DNA from: Octopus bimaculoides | Lineage: Eukaryota | Direction: 5' to 3' | Length of the DNA stretch: 64,000 nt | Assembly: GCF_001194135.2 (NCBI RefSeq) | Contig: NC_069007.1 | Coordinates: 11,792,483-11,856,482, forward strand | Part shown: positions 12,875 to 24,041 of the stretch, one piece after another | How positions within the stretch are numbered: the stretch's first letter is position 1 | How the letters are laid out: the number at the start of each line of letters is the position of its first letter | Notes under the pieces: model-generated | What the model was told of the DNA's origin: nothing | Database searches by the model: none | Seen by the model: only the letters and a program-made list of their open reading frames with translations | Translations under genes and position numbers: made by a program

Positions 12875-13269
12875 GATACACATACACACAACATGCACCC
12901 CCCCACTCCAATTTCATGTATATATAATTGTGTTCAGGTTTACAAAGGAGAAAAAATTTATTCTATGCATGTAGATTCTGTTCACTTAGTCACTGCTGTG
13001 TTTCAACATGGCAATATACACATGTATTTGTATATTCACACACACTCTTATTTTGCTATGCTATAACCATAGAATAAATCTATAGACTTTTAGCCAAAAC
13101 ATGTGTAAATTGAATAAGCTTTAAATACACTGGACATTCATAAACAGCTGTCATTTTTTTATAGAATCTACATGTGTTTATAAAAAGGGCGATCATCTGG
13201 GCTTGTTTCAACCCTCATTGAGTTTTCATCAGTCATTAACAAACCTTTCTCTGATCTATGGTGATCTGG

Positions 13270-13440
13270 TATGTAAAGCAGTATTTCGCCTGCCGTTACA
13301 TTCTGAGTTGAAATTCTGCTGAGGTCGACTTCGCCTTTCATCCTTGGTGAATTAAGTACCAGTTAAACACTGAGGTCAATGTAATCAATTAGTCCCCACC
13401 CTCAAAATTTCAGGCCTTGTGCATTTAATAGAAATGATTA
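13270..13440 (+). mobile_element. SINE family N, head truncated
   Basis: GTATTTCGCCTGCCGTTACATTCTGAGTTGAAATTCTGCTGAGGTCGACTTCGCCTTTCATCC...AAATTTCAGGCCTTGTGC. Confidence 0.8.
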
Positions 13441-13934
13441 TTAATAATATTAATATGACAATTTGTTTTTTGTATATACCTGACGTGAAAGAAATTTTGT
13501 TGCTTAAATAAAAACTTTTAACTAGATCTCTTGTAATTTCTGGAAGAGATTTGAAACCACTACTGTACTATTATTTCTCAATTCCCATACCTACCAGGCC
13601 ACTGAAGCAGCAATGATCTTGATGAGAAAATTGAGATACTTAAATTTGACGCATATCTTGAGCAAAGGAGAGATGAAATGAGAGAGAAAGAGAGAGAGTG
13701 AGAGGGTGTGGCTGATAGGTATTTGAATTCCTTTCTACGATTGAACTGAAATTGACTCCTGGCTATTAAAGGCCCAACCACATACACACACACATTTGTT
13801 TTAGGTCTTCTACCCATTTGAATTCAGCCGTACACCAGATAACATGTTAAGTCTTATGTTCCAAACTTTAAATTTTGAATTTGTTTTAATTATAAGATTA
13901 CACCTCAGCTAAAAAAATATCTTTTGGCTTTTGA

Positions 13935-14480
13935 ACACAACCATTTCTTTCTCTTTCTATATATATTTTTTTTTAGTTACAATTTCTCTGTTTTGGTCAG
14001 GATTTTTTCAATTTCTGCTTTCTTGTATCAAGTAATGGACAAAAGCATTTAAGAAAGAAAATTAAATTCGTAGAGCCGAACAAAATCAAAAATATTAATT
14101 CTATGTTTCCCCTTTCATTAATACTAACAGGAGTGTAGTATGAGAGAGATTTGACTGTTATTTCTAGCAAATTGAACAGCCACACAGTCATTCAATTGGT
14201 TCATTTGTTGATGTGAATAAGTAAACAAAAACTAAAAGACACACACACACACACATATATTAATGTATGTGTATGTTTATGTGTGTGATAATAAGTGTTG
14301 TGTGGTGGAAATAAACACAACTTCTTTCTATATTTTTTGTTAAGTTAGAATTTCTCTGTTTTGGTCAGGATTTTTCCAATTTCTTTTTTCTTGTATCAAG
14401 CAATTGACGAAAGCATTTAAAAAAAATTAAATTCATAGAGCTGAACAAAATCAAAAATATTAATTCTATTTTTTCCCTTT
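13935..14480. repeat. Local direct duplication of about 180 bp (13935-14117 and 14313-14481)
   Basis: Shared AATTTCTCTGTTTTGGTCAGGATTTTT..TTCTTGTATCAAG..AAGCATTTAA..AATTAAATTC.TAGAGC.GAACAAAATCAAAAATATTAATTCTAT. Confidence 0.9.
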
Positions 14481-14769
14481 GCTTTTTACTTTCCTACAAT
14501 ATAATTAATTACCATATCCTAGAGACTGTGTCCTTGCATATTAGGTGAACATTTCAGAAATATTTTCATTTCTCAAACAAAAACTGTCCAATACATTCAT
14601 ATATGTTTTTCAGTTGAAACACTCTGAATCACTTTGGAGATTTATTGTTTTAATAGCAAGCTTTAAAATATGGATAATTGCATGAGGGACGCAGCATGAA
14701 AGCCTCAGAGTAGAAGGAGAGAACGGTTGTGCGAGGAACGGTGGGTGGAAATTGGGAATCAAAATCACA

Positions 14770-15010
14770 TGAGAATGAGACAAAGAAACAAATTAAGCCA
14801 AGAGGAGAGGGAGCATATCCTATGGCATAAGAGGGAAAGAAATCAGCAAGGGATAGAACAAATGAGCCAGGACCCAAGAGAAGAGTATTTTGAAAATAAG
14901 AGAGATTGAGATCAACAGAATCGAGAACACATGAGTCAAGAGCAAAGGCAGCTGTACTTAGAAAATATGAGAAACAGAGCTGAATCTCTCTCGGCATACC
15001 AGCAAAGCAC
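14770..15010 (+). pseudogene. Interrupted E/Q/R-rich repetitive peptide, Helitron N-terminal-like
   Basis: MRQRNKLSQEEREHILWHKRERNQQGIEQMSQDPREEYFENKRD*DQQNREHMSQEQRQLYLENMRNRA: periodic SQEER/SQEQR motif like the charged repeats upstream of Helitron Rep domains; one in-frame stop. Confidence 0.35.
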
Positions 15011-15257
15011 AAAATCGCATCAGCCACCATCACCACCACCTCCAAGCCTGTCATGTACATATGCATATATANNNNNNNNNNNNNNNNNNNNNNNNNNNNN
15101 NNNNNNNNNNNNNNNNNNNNNNNNNNNNNNNNNNNNNNNNNNNNNNNNNNNNNNNNNNNNNNNNNNNNNNNNNNNNNNNNNNNNNNNNNNNNNNNNNNNN
15201 NNNNNNNNNNNNNNNNNNNNNNNNNNNNNNNNNNNNNNNNNNNNNNNNNNNNNNNNN

Positions 15258-15289
<32 letters not shown>

Positions 15290-15296
<7 letters not shown>

Positions 15297-15510
15297 TTGC
15301 ATGTGTGTGTTTGTCCCACCACTACCACCATTGCTTGACAACCATTGTTGGTGTGTTTGCATCCCTGTAATTTAGCTGTTCAGCAGAAGAGACTGATAGA
15401 ATAAGCACCAGGCTTACTGGGAATAAGTCCCAGTCAATTTCTTTGACTAAAAAGGTGATGCTCCAGCATGGCCACAGTCAATGACTGAAACAAGTAAAAG
15501 AATAAAAGAT
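15290..15510 (+). mobile_element. SINE family A, 3' half (5' half in gap)
   Basis: TGTTTGTCCC..GCTTGACACC..CAGCAGAAGAGACTGATAGAATAAG..CTCCAGCATGGCCACAGTCAATGACTGAAACAAGTAAAAGA. Confidence 0.8.
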
Positions 15511-15786
15511 CACCAGAAGAACATTATGCAGCACTAAACCAAGAGGGTTCTTTGAATATGTACGATGTATTCTAAGGCTAAATAGTAATTCTGTTTACAT
15601 TTGTGTAACTGAGATATTTTGGTTGGATTATAGAGTTATCGGTTTTACACTTCTTTCTATATTCTGTAACCATCACAATATAGAAACACTTCTCATGGCA
15701 CCAACACACAATTTACAGATGCTTACATTTCTTATATTTTCCGTGAATTTTTAATGTGTCCAGTTAGTTATTATTTATTATTATTA

Positions 15787-15844
<58 letters not shown>

Positions 15845-15899
15845 CATCATTATTATTATTATCATCATTATTATTATTATTGTTATTATCATATATAGT

Positions 15900-16260
15900 G
15901 AAGGCACATGTCTCAGTGGTTAGAGTGTCGAGCTTATGATCGAGAGGTTGTGAGTTCGATTCCCAGACCAGGCTGCATTTTATGTTCTTGAGCAAGACAC
16001 TTCATTTCATATTGCTCTTATTCAATCATCTGTTGAAATGATTTGCGACATCACTGGCACCAAGCTGTATCAGCCCCCTTTGCCTTTCCCTTGAATAACA
16101 TCAGTGGCATTGAGAGTGGAGGCCCGTATGCATGGTCAACTGCTGGTCGTCCATAAAAACAACCCCAGGTTGGGCATTTGCCGGTGAGGCAACTTTCTAC
16201 TGAGGCTTGTACCCTGGAGAGGAACCCCTTCAGTGCATCCATAGTCATTTGTGACAAACA
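15900..16260 (+). mobile_element. tRNA-derived SINE, family C (V/Meta-like central motif)
   Basis: A-box-like TCAGTGGTTAG, B-box GTTCGATTCC, TTCTTGAGCAAGACACTT; second copy at 34315-34650 (-). Confidence 0.8.
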
Positions 16261-16274
16261 TAGTCGAGTTTTTT

Positions 16275-16640
16275 ATCATATAATTCCAGAGGTTGGCTTT
16301 GCCTTTCATCCTTTTGGGGTCAATAAATTAAGTTCCTGTAAAACATTGTGGGGTCAATGCAATCAATTAGTCACCGCTCCCAAAATTCTAGGTCTTGTGC
16401 CTTTACTAGAAAGGGTTATTAAGAAGATAGTGAACTGGCAGAACCATTTGAGTCTCAGACACAACACTTACTGGAATTTCTTTATATTTTGACCTCAAGT
16501 CCCACCACGGTCAAGCTTGCTTTTCTATCCTTTTGGGGTTGATAAAATGAAGTACCAGTTACATACTGGTATCAATATTATCAACTAGTCTTCTCTTTCT
16601 AAAACTGCTAGCCTTGTGACAATATTTGAAACCATTAGCA
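16275..16640 (+). mobile_element. Two tandem family N SINE copies
   Basis: GCCTTTCATCCTTTTGGGGTCAATAAATTAAG.. and CTATCCTTTTGGGGTTGATAAAATGAAGTACCAG cores, each with the 3' GCCTTGTG motif. Confidence 0.75.
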
Positions 16641-17326
16641 TTATTAAGAAGTTTATTAACTTTGAGATAATAAAATTAACACCAATCAGAAACTGGGGTC
16701 AGCTTAATTGATTGTGACCCTTTCCCAAAAGTTCATGTGGGTGAGAGTCTTCTAAAGTAAAATCAAAAACATTATTTGAATAATGAGAAAGTTGTGGGCT
16801 GAAATACTTGGTTGAGAACCCAAGTATTGGTCTGAAGCAGTTGTGTGTGTGTGTGTGTGAGGGAGAGAGAGAGAATATGAACCGAAGACCCTTTCTTTCC
16901 ATTGTCTGTCCAATTACACATTCAATACAACCAAAGTCGATTATGTATTTGTGTTGAAGTGTGTGATGTCTTTATTTCTAAATTGATTGGAAGCATGAAA
17001 GAAATGTTGGTAAAACCCAAACAAATGCGTTTTGGCTTCATTCCATTTCTCAGTCAACAGGAGAATGAGCAAAGATATGGGATATTGGAGAGAGATAGGA
17101 TGTGAGGGGTAAGAGAAAGAGAGACAGACAGACAGAGAGATAGGTATATGTGCATATATATATATATATATATATANNNNNNNNNNNNNNNNNNNNNNNN
17201 NNNNNNNNNAGAGAGAGAGAGAGAGAGGTGGGGTGACAGAGATAAATGGAAATAGGAGATGAAGAGAAAAGCCCATAAAATAGGTGTAAGAAGTAACAGA
17301 GAAATGTGTGTGTGTGTGTGTATATA

Positions 17327-17405
<79 letters not shown>

Positions 17406-18164
17406 GGGGGGAAATGAAAGGATACAGAGGAAGATGAAGAAGATGGAAGCCTATAAAATAACAATCGATCAAATTATTCGGAATGCCATTCCACATAATT
17501 ACCCAACATTTCATAAAGTTAACTTGCTGAAAATTATTTGGGATGTTAACCCCCAAATTATTATTATTATTATCATTATTATAATTCAGTCTCAATATGT
17601 TTTTCATTTTAACAGATGTATCAATCAATATGATAGACAGCCATGAAATGTTCTCCCACCACCACCACCACTACCACCACTACCACCATCCGTTACCATC
17701 ATATTGAATTGTTAAATGATCCTTGCTCAACTTCGTAGATTTTTATGCAAATAGCCTGAATTTTTTGCTGTGACTCCTTAGAAAATGAAGCTGAGCAAGT
17801 AAGGAATTGTTGGGTTCTCCTCAGTTCCAAGTAAGAAGCCATAAGTTGTCGGAAGACCAATTCCTGCTCAGAGGAATGCACTGAGTGCACTTTCTCGTGA
17901 CACAAGCATGAGAAGGGGTGCCATGTCCTGGAGGTTTGTCAGGAAAAATACTTGGACCGGTTTAGAAAATACGGAAATGTTAAATCTTTTATCTTTTACT
18001 TGTTTCAGTCATTTGACTGCAGCCATGCTGGAGCATTGCCTTGGAGAATTTTTAGCTGAATGAATCGAACCACTTAGTTATGGGGATGAAAATACACCAA
18101 CACCAGTTGTCAAGTGGTGGTGCGGGACAAACATACATAAAGACACACAAACCTATATATATCA

Positions 18165-18700
18165 TCATCATCATCATCATCGTTTAATGTCCGCTTTCCA
18201 TGCTAGCATGGGTTGGACAATTTGACTGAGGACTGGTGAAACCAGATGGCTACACCAGGCTCCAATCTGATTTGGCAGAGTTTCTACAGCTGGATGCCCT
18301 TCCTAACGCCAACCACTCCGAGAGTGTAGTGGGTGCCTTTACATGCCACCAGCACAAGGGCCAGTCAGGCGGTACTGGCAACAGTCATGCTCAAATGGTA
18401 TTTTTACATGTCACCTGCACATGAGCCACTCCAGCAGCACTGGCAACACCCTCGCTTGAATGCTATTTTTCACATACCATCGGCACAAGTGCCAGTAAGT
18501 GCTTGTAACGATCACGCTCAAATGGTGATTTTCACGTGCCACTGGCACGGGGGCCAGTCAGCAGCCCTGGCAACGATCATGCTTGGATGGTGCTCTCAGT
18601 GCTCCATTAGCACAGATGCCAGTCATGCAGTGCTGTCGTTGAATTTGATTTTGATTTCACTTGCCACAACAGGTCTTCGCAAGCATAGTTTAGTTTCCAA
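18165..18700 (-). mobile_element. Family R repeat, long copy with internal 55-75 bp sub-repeats
   Basis: (CAT)n-CGTTTAATGTCCGCTTTCCATGCTAGCATGGG..GGATGCCCTTCCTAACGCCAACC; repeated CAYGCTCAAATGGT motif. A partial family A copy abuts at 17990-18150 (-). Confidence 0.85.
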
Positions 18701-18704
18701 TGAG

Positions 18705-19208
18705 TGACAATGGATTTTCTGGCAAAGGGCACTACAATTAACGGGGGAATATTATGCTTCACTGCTGCAGAAATTAAAAGGACACCATCAAAGCAGAGAG
18801 GTGTGGCATGCTGACCACAGGAGCCTGCCTCCTCGAGGACAGTGCCCCAGTTCACAAAGCATATATTACCCAGAGGAAAGCAGACTCCTGCAGTTAGGAA
18901 ATCCTTCCTCATCCCCTTTACTCTCCTCAACTTGCACCATCTGACTTCCATCACTTTCCAACCATGAATTCTGTTTTTGAAGAAGTACTTTGCGGATGAT
19001 GATGAACTTATTTCCGAGGTAAAGTCTTGGCTCAAGACGCAACCTACTGACTTCTACAGACGAAGTCTTCACAACTGCATAAAGCAATGGGAGAAGTGTA
19101 TCACCATTGGTGGGGGTTATGTAGAGAAGGACTAATGATTATGCCAAGTTTCATTTATCCCAGTCCTTGGGAAGTGGGTCTGGGGAAATCTTTAATGAAC
19201 ACCCTTTG
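18705..19208 (+). mobile_element. mariner (DD34D) transposase 3' half with 3' TIR, defective
   Basis: LEDSAPVHKAYITQRKADSCS*EILPHPLYSPQLAPSDFHHFP: 34 positions between the 2nd and 3rd Asp; C-terminus WEKCITIGGGYVEKD*; TIR TTTAATGAACACCCTTTG|TA. Confidence 0.9.
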
Positions 19209-20505
19209 TACAAGCATAAGTATATACATACATAAGTATATGATACAGACAGGCAATTAGACAATAAATGCATGTGTATGAGTTTGTGTATGTCATATTA
19301 AACAGGTGTTTGTCTCAACAGACATGTATGTATGTGTGATAGTCTGTGTACGATTTGGTTCAATCCTGCTCCTCAGCAGAGATGGAGGTGGAGGAATTGG
19401 TGATAATACCGACAGCGGTAGTGTTGTTGGTATTGGTGGTTCTAATCTTGATAATGGTGGTGGTGTCAATGCTGTCAGACCGGGCAGCTGTAAATTCCAT
19501 AAATCAGTTTTGATTGTCAAATACTAGACACATGGAGAAACTTCTTTACATTTAATAACATATGATGGTTTTAGAAAGAGCAAAGTCTGGTACCACCACC
19601 ACCACAACCATAACTGCCACTACTACCACTACCACCACCACCACTGCCACCACCACCACTGCCACCACCACCACTGCCACCACCACCACCACGACTGCCA
19701 TCATTTCGGCCACCACTACTACCATCATCACCACCACCACNNNNNNNNNNNNNNNNNNNNNNNNNNNNNNNNNNNNNNNNNNNNNNNNNNNNNNNNNNNN
19801 NNNNNNNNNNNNNNNNNNNNNNNNNNNNNNNNNNNNNNNNNNNNNNNNNNNNNNNNNNNNNNNNNNNNNNNNNNNNNNNNNNNNNNNNNNNNNNNNNNNN
19901 NNNNNNNNNNNNNNNNNNNNNNNNNNNNNNNNNNNNNNNNNNNNNNNNNNNNNNNNNNNNNNNNNNNNNNNNNNNNNNNNNNNNNNNNNNNNNNNNNNNN
20001 NNNNNNNNNNNNNNNNNNNNNNNNNNNNNNNNNNNNNNNNNNNNNNNNNNNNNNNNNNNNNNNNNNNNNNNNNNNNNNNNNNNNNNNNNNNNNNNNNNNN
20101 NNNNNNNNNNNNNNNNNNNNNNNNNNNNNNNNNNNNNNNNNNNNNNNNNNNNNNNNNNNNNNNNNNNNNNNNNNNNNNNNNNNNNNNNNNNNNNNNNNNN
20201 NNNNNNNNNNNNNNNNNNNNNNNNNNNNNNNNNNNNNNNNNNNNNNNNNNNNNNNNNNNNNNNNNNNNNNNNNNNNNNNNNNNNNNNNNNNNNNNNNNNN
20301 NNNNNNNNNNNNNNNNNNNNNNNNNNNNNNNNNNNNNNNNNNNNNNNNNNNNNNNNNNNNNNNNNNNNNNNNNNNNNNNNNNNNNNNNNNNNNNNNNNNN
20401 NNNNNNNNNNNNNNNNNNNNNNNNNNNNNNNNNNNNNNNNNNNNNNNNNNNNNNNNNNNNNNNNNNNNNNNNNNNNNNNNNNNNNNNNNNNNNNNNNNNN
20501 NNNNN

Positions 20506-20540
<35 letters not shown>

Positions 20541-20713
20541 GACACACTCACATAAAATCATTCGTAGTCTTCCAGTGCTCCCCCCCCCCACTTCTCCCCA
20601 CATCAGTCAATACATCTGATGTGGCTGCCTCTTCCCCCTGCAACCAATAAAAATAGAACACTGTTGATAAATTCTTCTCCCACAGCTTCGCATTTGGTCA
20701 ATATATTGCCTAT

Positions 20714-20858
20714 TGCACTTTAGCTGACCACTGCACTTTAAGTGGCTTCTGTACTTTTTAGCTAACCAATGTACTTTAACTGATCGTTGTAATTTAACTC
20801 AGCATTGTGTTTTAATTGACCACTACTTTAACTGACCACTGTACTTCAACTGATCAGT
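20714..20858. repeat. Degenerate 18-bp minisatellite, about 8 units (TGTACTTTAACTGACCAC)
   Basis: Units read directly: TGCACTTTAGCTGACCAC, TGCACTTTAAGTGGCTTC, ... TGTACTTCAACTGATCAG. Confidence 0.85.
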
Positions 20859-20869
20859 GTTAGAAATAT

Positions 20870-21290
20870 TGACTTCAAATTTTAGCACAAGACCAGCAGT
20901 TTCAAGGGAGGAGCTGAGTCAATTCCTTTGACCCCAGTGTCCAACTGGTACTTATTTTATCTATCCTGAAAGAATGAGAGGCATAGTTGACCTCAGCCGA
21001 ATTTGAACTCAGAACGTAGAGATGGATGAAATTTATCTGGTGTGCTAACTTTTCTTATTTCTTTACTGCCCACAAGGGGCTACACATAGAGGGGACAAAC
21101 AAGGACAGACAAACAGATTAAGTTGATGATATCGACCCCAGTGCGTAACTAGCACTTACTTAATCGACCCCGAAAGGATGAAAGGCAAAGTTGACCTCGA
21201 CGGAATTTGAACTCAGAATGTAGTGGCAGACGAAATACCGCTAAGCATTTCGCCCGGCGTGCTAACTTTTCTGCCAGATCAAAGCCTTAA
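20870..21290 (-). mobile_element. Nested family N SINEs (variant-tail copy inside another copy)
   Basis: Two N cores; the inner copy 21056-21258 has a different 3' end (CCCACAAGGGGCTACACATAGAGGGGACAAAC) and is flanked by a 14-bp duplication GTGCTAACTTTTCT. Confidence 0.8.
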
Positions 21291-21921
21291 TACTTGAAAT
21301 ATATTAAAGTGCTTTCATTTGCACAACACAGCCAGCCAATTTCCTTGGCAGGTTCTTTGTAGTCTTGGATCACTTCTTCCCCACAGTGAGATAGTGTGAG
21401 CAGAGTTTGGCAATGAACACATTAATATCACATCTTCAAAGACTAATAACATAACACAATAAACCATACTTATAGTTTATTAACCCTTTAGCATTTAAAC
21501 TGACCATATTCAGCCAAAATATTCTGCCTCTCTTATGTTCAAACTAGTCAGATCCCACATCTCACACCTACCCTACAATGTCATTCTAAAAATGAACAAT
21601 CAGGCACAGGCATGGCTGTGTGGTAAGAAGTTTGCTTCCCAACCACTTTTTTCTGGGTTCAGTCCTTCTGCATTGCACCTTGGGTGATATATTTGTATCA
21701 TTTGTATACACACACATATCTACATATATATGTATGTATATATATTTGTTTGTGCCATTGTATATATATATATATATATGTAATTTCAATATGAAGCAAA
21801 TAATTCACGAGAAAAAAATCATTTGCGAAGTTATCATTGACTCTATTATTATATAGTGTAACAATTTAAAAATGATAATAACAGAATAAATAATATAGAC
21901 GATTGCAGGCCNNNNNNNNNN

Positions 21922-21963
<42 letters not shown>

Positions 21964-21989
21964 TGTGTCATTCTAAAAATAAGCAATCA

Positions 21990-22370
21990 GGTACAAGTGT
22001 GAATGTGCAGTGAGAAGCTTCCTTCCCAACCACATGTCTCTAGGTTCAGTATCATTGTGTTGCACCTTGGACAAGTGTCTTCTACTATAGCCTTTGGCCG
22101 ACCAATGCTTTATGAGTGGATTTTGTTGACAGAAACTGAAAGAAACCCATCATATTCATATATATATGTATATATCTGTTTGTTTGTCTGTGTTTGTCCC
22201 CCATAACTGCTTGACAACCAGTGTGATCTGTTTATGTCCCCGTAACTTAGCAATTCAGCAAAGAGAATATAAAATAAGCGCTAGTCTTAAAAAATAAATC
22301 TTGGTGTCAATTCGTTCAACTAAAAAAAAAAATCTTTCAAGGCAGTTCTCCAGCATGGCCACAGTCATGA
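21990..22370 (+). mobile_element. SINE family A (a further partial copy at 21605-21750)
   Basis: Head, CACCTTGGACAAGTGTCTT core and CTCCAGCATGGCCACAGTC 3' motif. Confidence 0.8.
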
Positions 22371-22659
22371 GAAAATGCAGGATTAATTCAAAACGGTGTG
22401 AATAAGTCTTTCATTTGACAGAATAATCAGAGAGAAGTGGGTTCAGTTGTCGGTTTTTTTCAGTTTGTAGAGGGAAAACTAAGACCCTGCACTGCCCAGA
22501 CATCAAAGAACTTGAATGATTTCACCAGCAGAAGATTTGATGAGATCAGGTAGAACTGGCATGTTTTGTATTTGTGTGTGCATTGGTCACTCGGTCATGT
22601 CTGTTTATGTTCTGCGACTGCTACTGTGATAGGTCGGTCATGCTGAATATGTGGTTCTA

Positions 22660-22800
22660 TATATTGTTTACATTTGACAGATATTTGTCCTCATCTTGTT
22701 TGTTGTTAACACAACGTTTTGGCTGATATACCCTCCAGCCTTCATCAGGTGGCTTGGGGAAATTTTGAACCTGGGTTCTCATTTCTAAGGTATTTTTCAT
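22660..22800 (-). repeat. Interspersed repeat body containing a minimal hammerhead-like motif
   Basis: Minus strand CAC-CTGATGA-A-GGCTG-GAGGGTATAT-CAGCC-AAAAC-GTT-GTG at 22751-22710. Confidence 0.5.
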
Positions 22801-22844
22801 CGTCGTCGTCGCCGTCGGTGGTGGTGGTGGTGGTGGTGGTGTTG

Positions 22845-22930
22845 CACCCATGGGCATATGATGTAGTGGTTAAGGGCTCAGGCTACTAGCCCCAAGATTC
22901 CGAGTTCGATTCCAGGTAGTGGCCTGAATA
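22845..22930 (+). mobile_element. tRNA-like SINE head followed by (AAT)n
   Basis: A-box-like TGTAGTGGTT and B-box GAGTTCGATTCC with tRNA-like spacing; no acceptor stem. Confidence 0.65.
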
Positions 22931-24041
22931 ATAATAATAATAATAATAACATTGTAAACACACATGCGCTCTTTCTCTCTCTCTCTCTTGCACGCACACA
23001 CATGTGCTCTCTCTTACATGCAAACACGTGCTCTCTCTCTCTCTCTCGCATGCTAATCGTGCTCTCTTTCTCTCTCTCTCACACACACACACCTCTCTTT
23101 CTCTCTCTCACACACACACACACACACACTCTCTCCCTCTCTCTCTCCATCTCTCTCTCCCTCCCCCATAACAAAGCTTCAGGTCGTGTTCTGGTATCAG
23201 AAAACTCTATTATTTGTGATGGCAGGGTGGACGGATGACAGCAAAATTGGTAAAGCGCCAAACAAATTGCTATGTTTTTTATTTAATTAGAAATCCTCAC
23301 TTTTCTCAACAATTCCTTGTGAATATGACTGTTGTTGTTGTTGTTGATAAGATTGTTTTTGTCCTTGTTGTTGTCATTGTCCTGTTATGTCTACTGCTTT
23401 CCCCTTCTTGTTATCGTTGTTGTTTCCCTGTTTCCAAGATAACCTCGCATTTAACCCTCCACAAGATCTGGTTCTGACAATATTGGTTCTCTCCCTCCCC
23501 TGCCACCCATCCCTCCCACACCCTCCACCTCTCCATTAATGGTCAATACAATGAGAATTGACCGAAATGCTGGGGTGTCTATGTCTCTCTTTCTCTCTCT
23601 CTCTTCCCTCTCTCTTTCTCACCCTCTCTTCTCTGTCTCTCTCTATCACTTCTTTCTCTCTCTCTTCTCTGTCTATCTCTTCCTTGTCCCTCTCTCTCTT
23701 TCTCCTCTATCTCTCTTTTCTCCATCTCTCTCTCACCCTTCATCTCCTCTCTGTTGGCCTCCCTTTCTCCTTCTCCGTCACCTCTCTCTCTCTGTCACTC
23801 TCACCCTCTCTCACTCTCCTATCATCCTCTTTCTGCTGCTCTCTCTCGTTCTTCCTTTCACTCTCACCCTCTCTCTGACCCCTTTCCCTCTCTGTCTCTC
23901 TCACCTCTCAACCTGATTCTCTCTCTCACCACCATTGCAACCACGCTTCAGTTTGTAAAGTAACTCCATCAATTCCACATTTCTTTTTATTTGCTCTCCT
24001 TCTATCCCTTATGTCCTTACACACACACACACACACACACA

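Noticed and set aside
15900-15975. tRNA genes at 15900, 22850, 5722, 29895
   Set aside because: A/B boxes are present but there is no complete cloverleaf, and the heads are attached to SINE bodies or tails.
19380-19510. Hydrophobic 43-aa ORF MEVEELVIIPTAVVLLVLVVLIL.. after a NAGNAG acceptor
   Set aside because: Val/Leu richness follows from GGT/GTT low-complexity repeats; no donor or other support.
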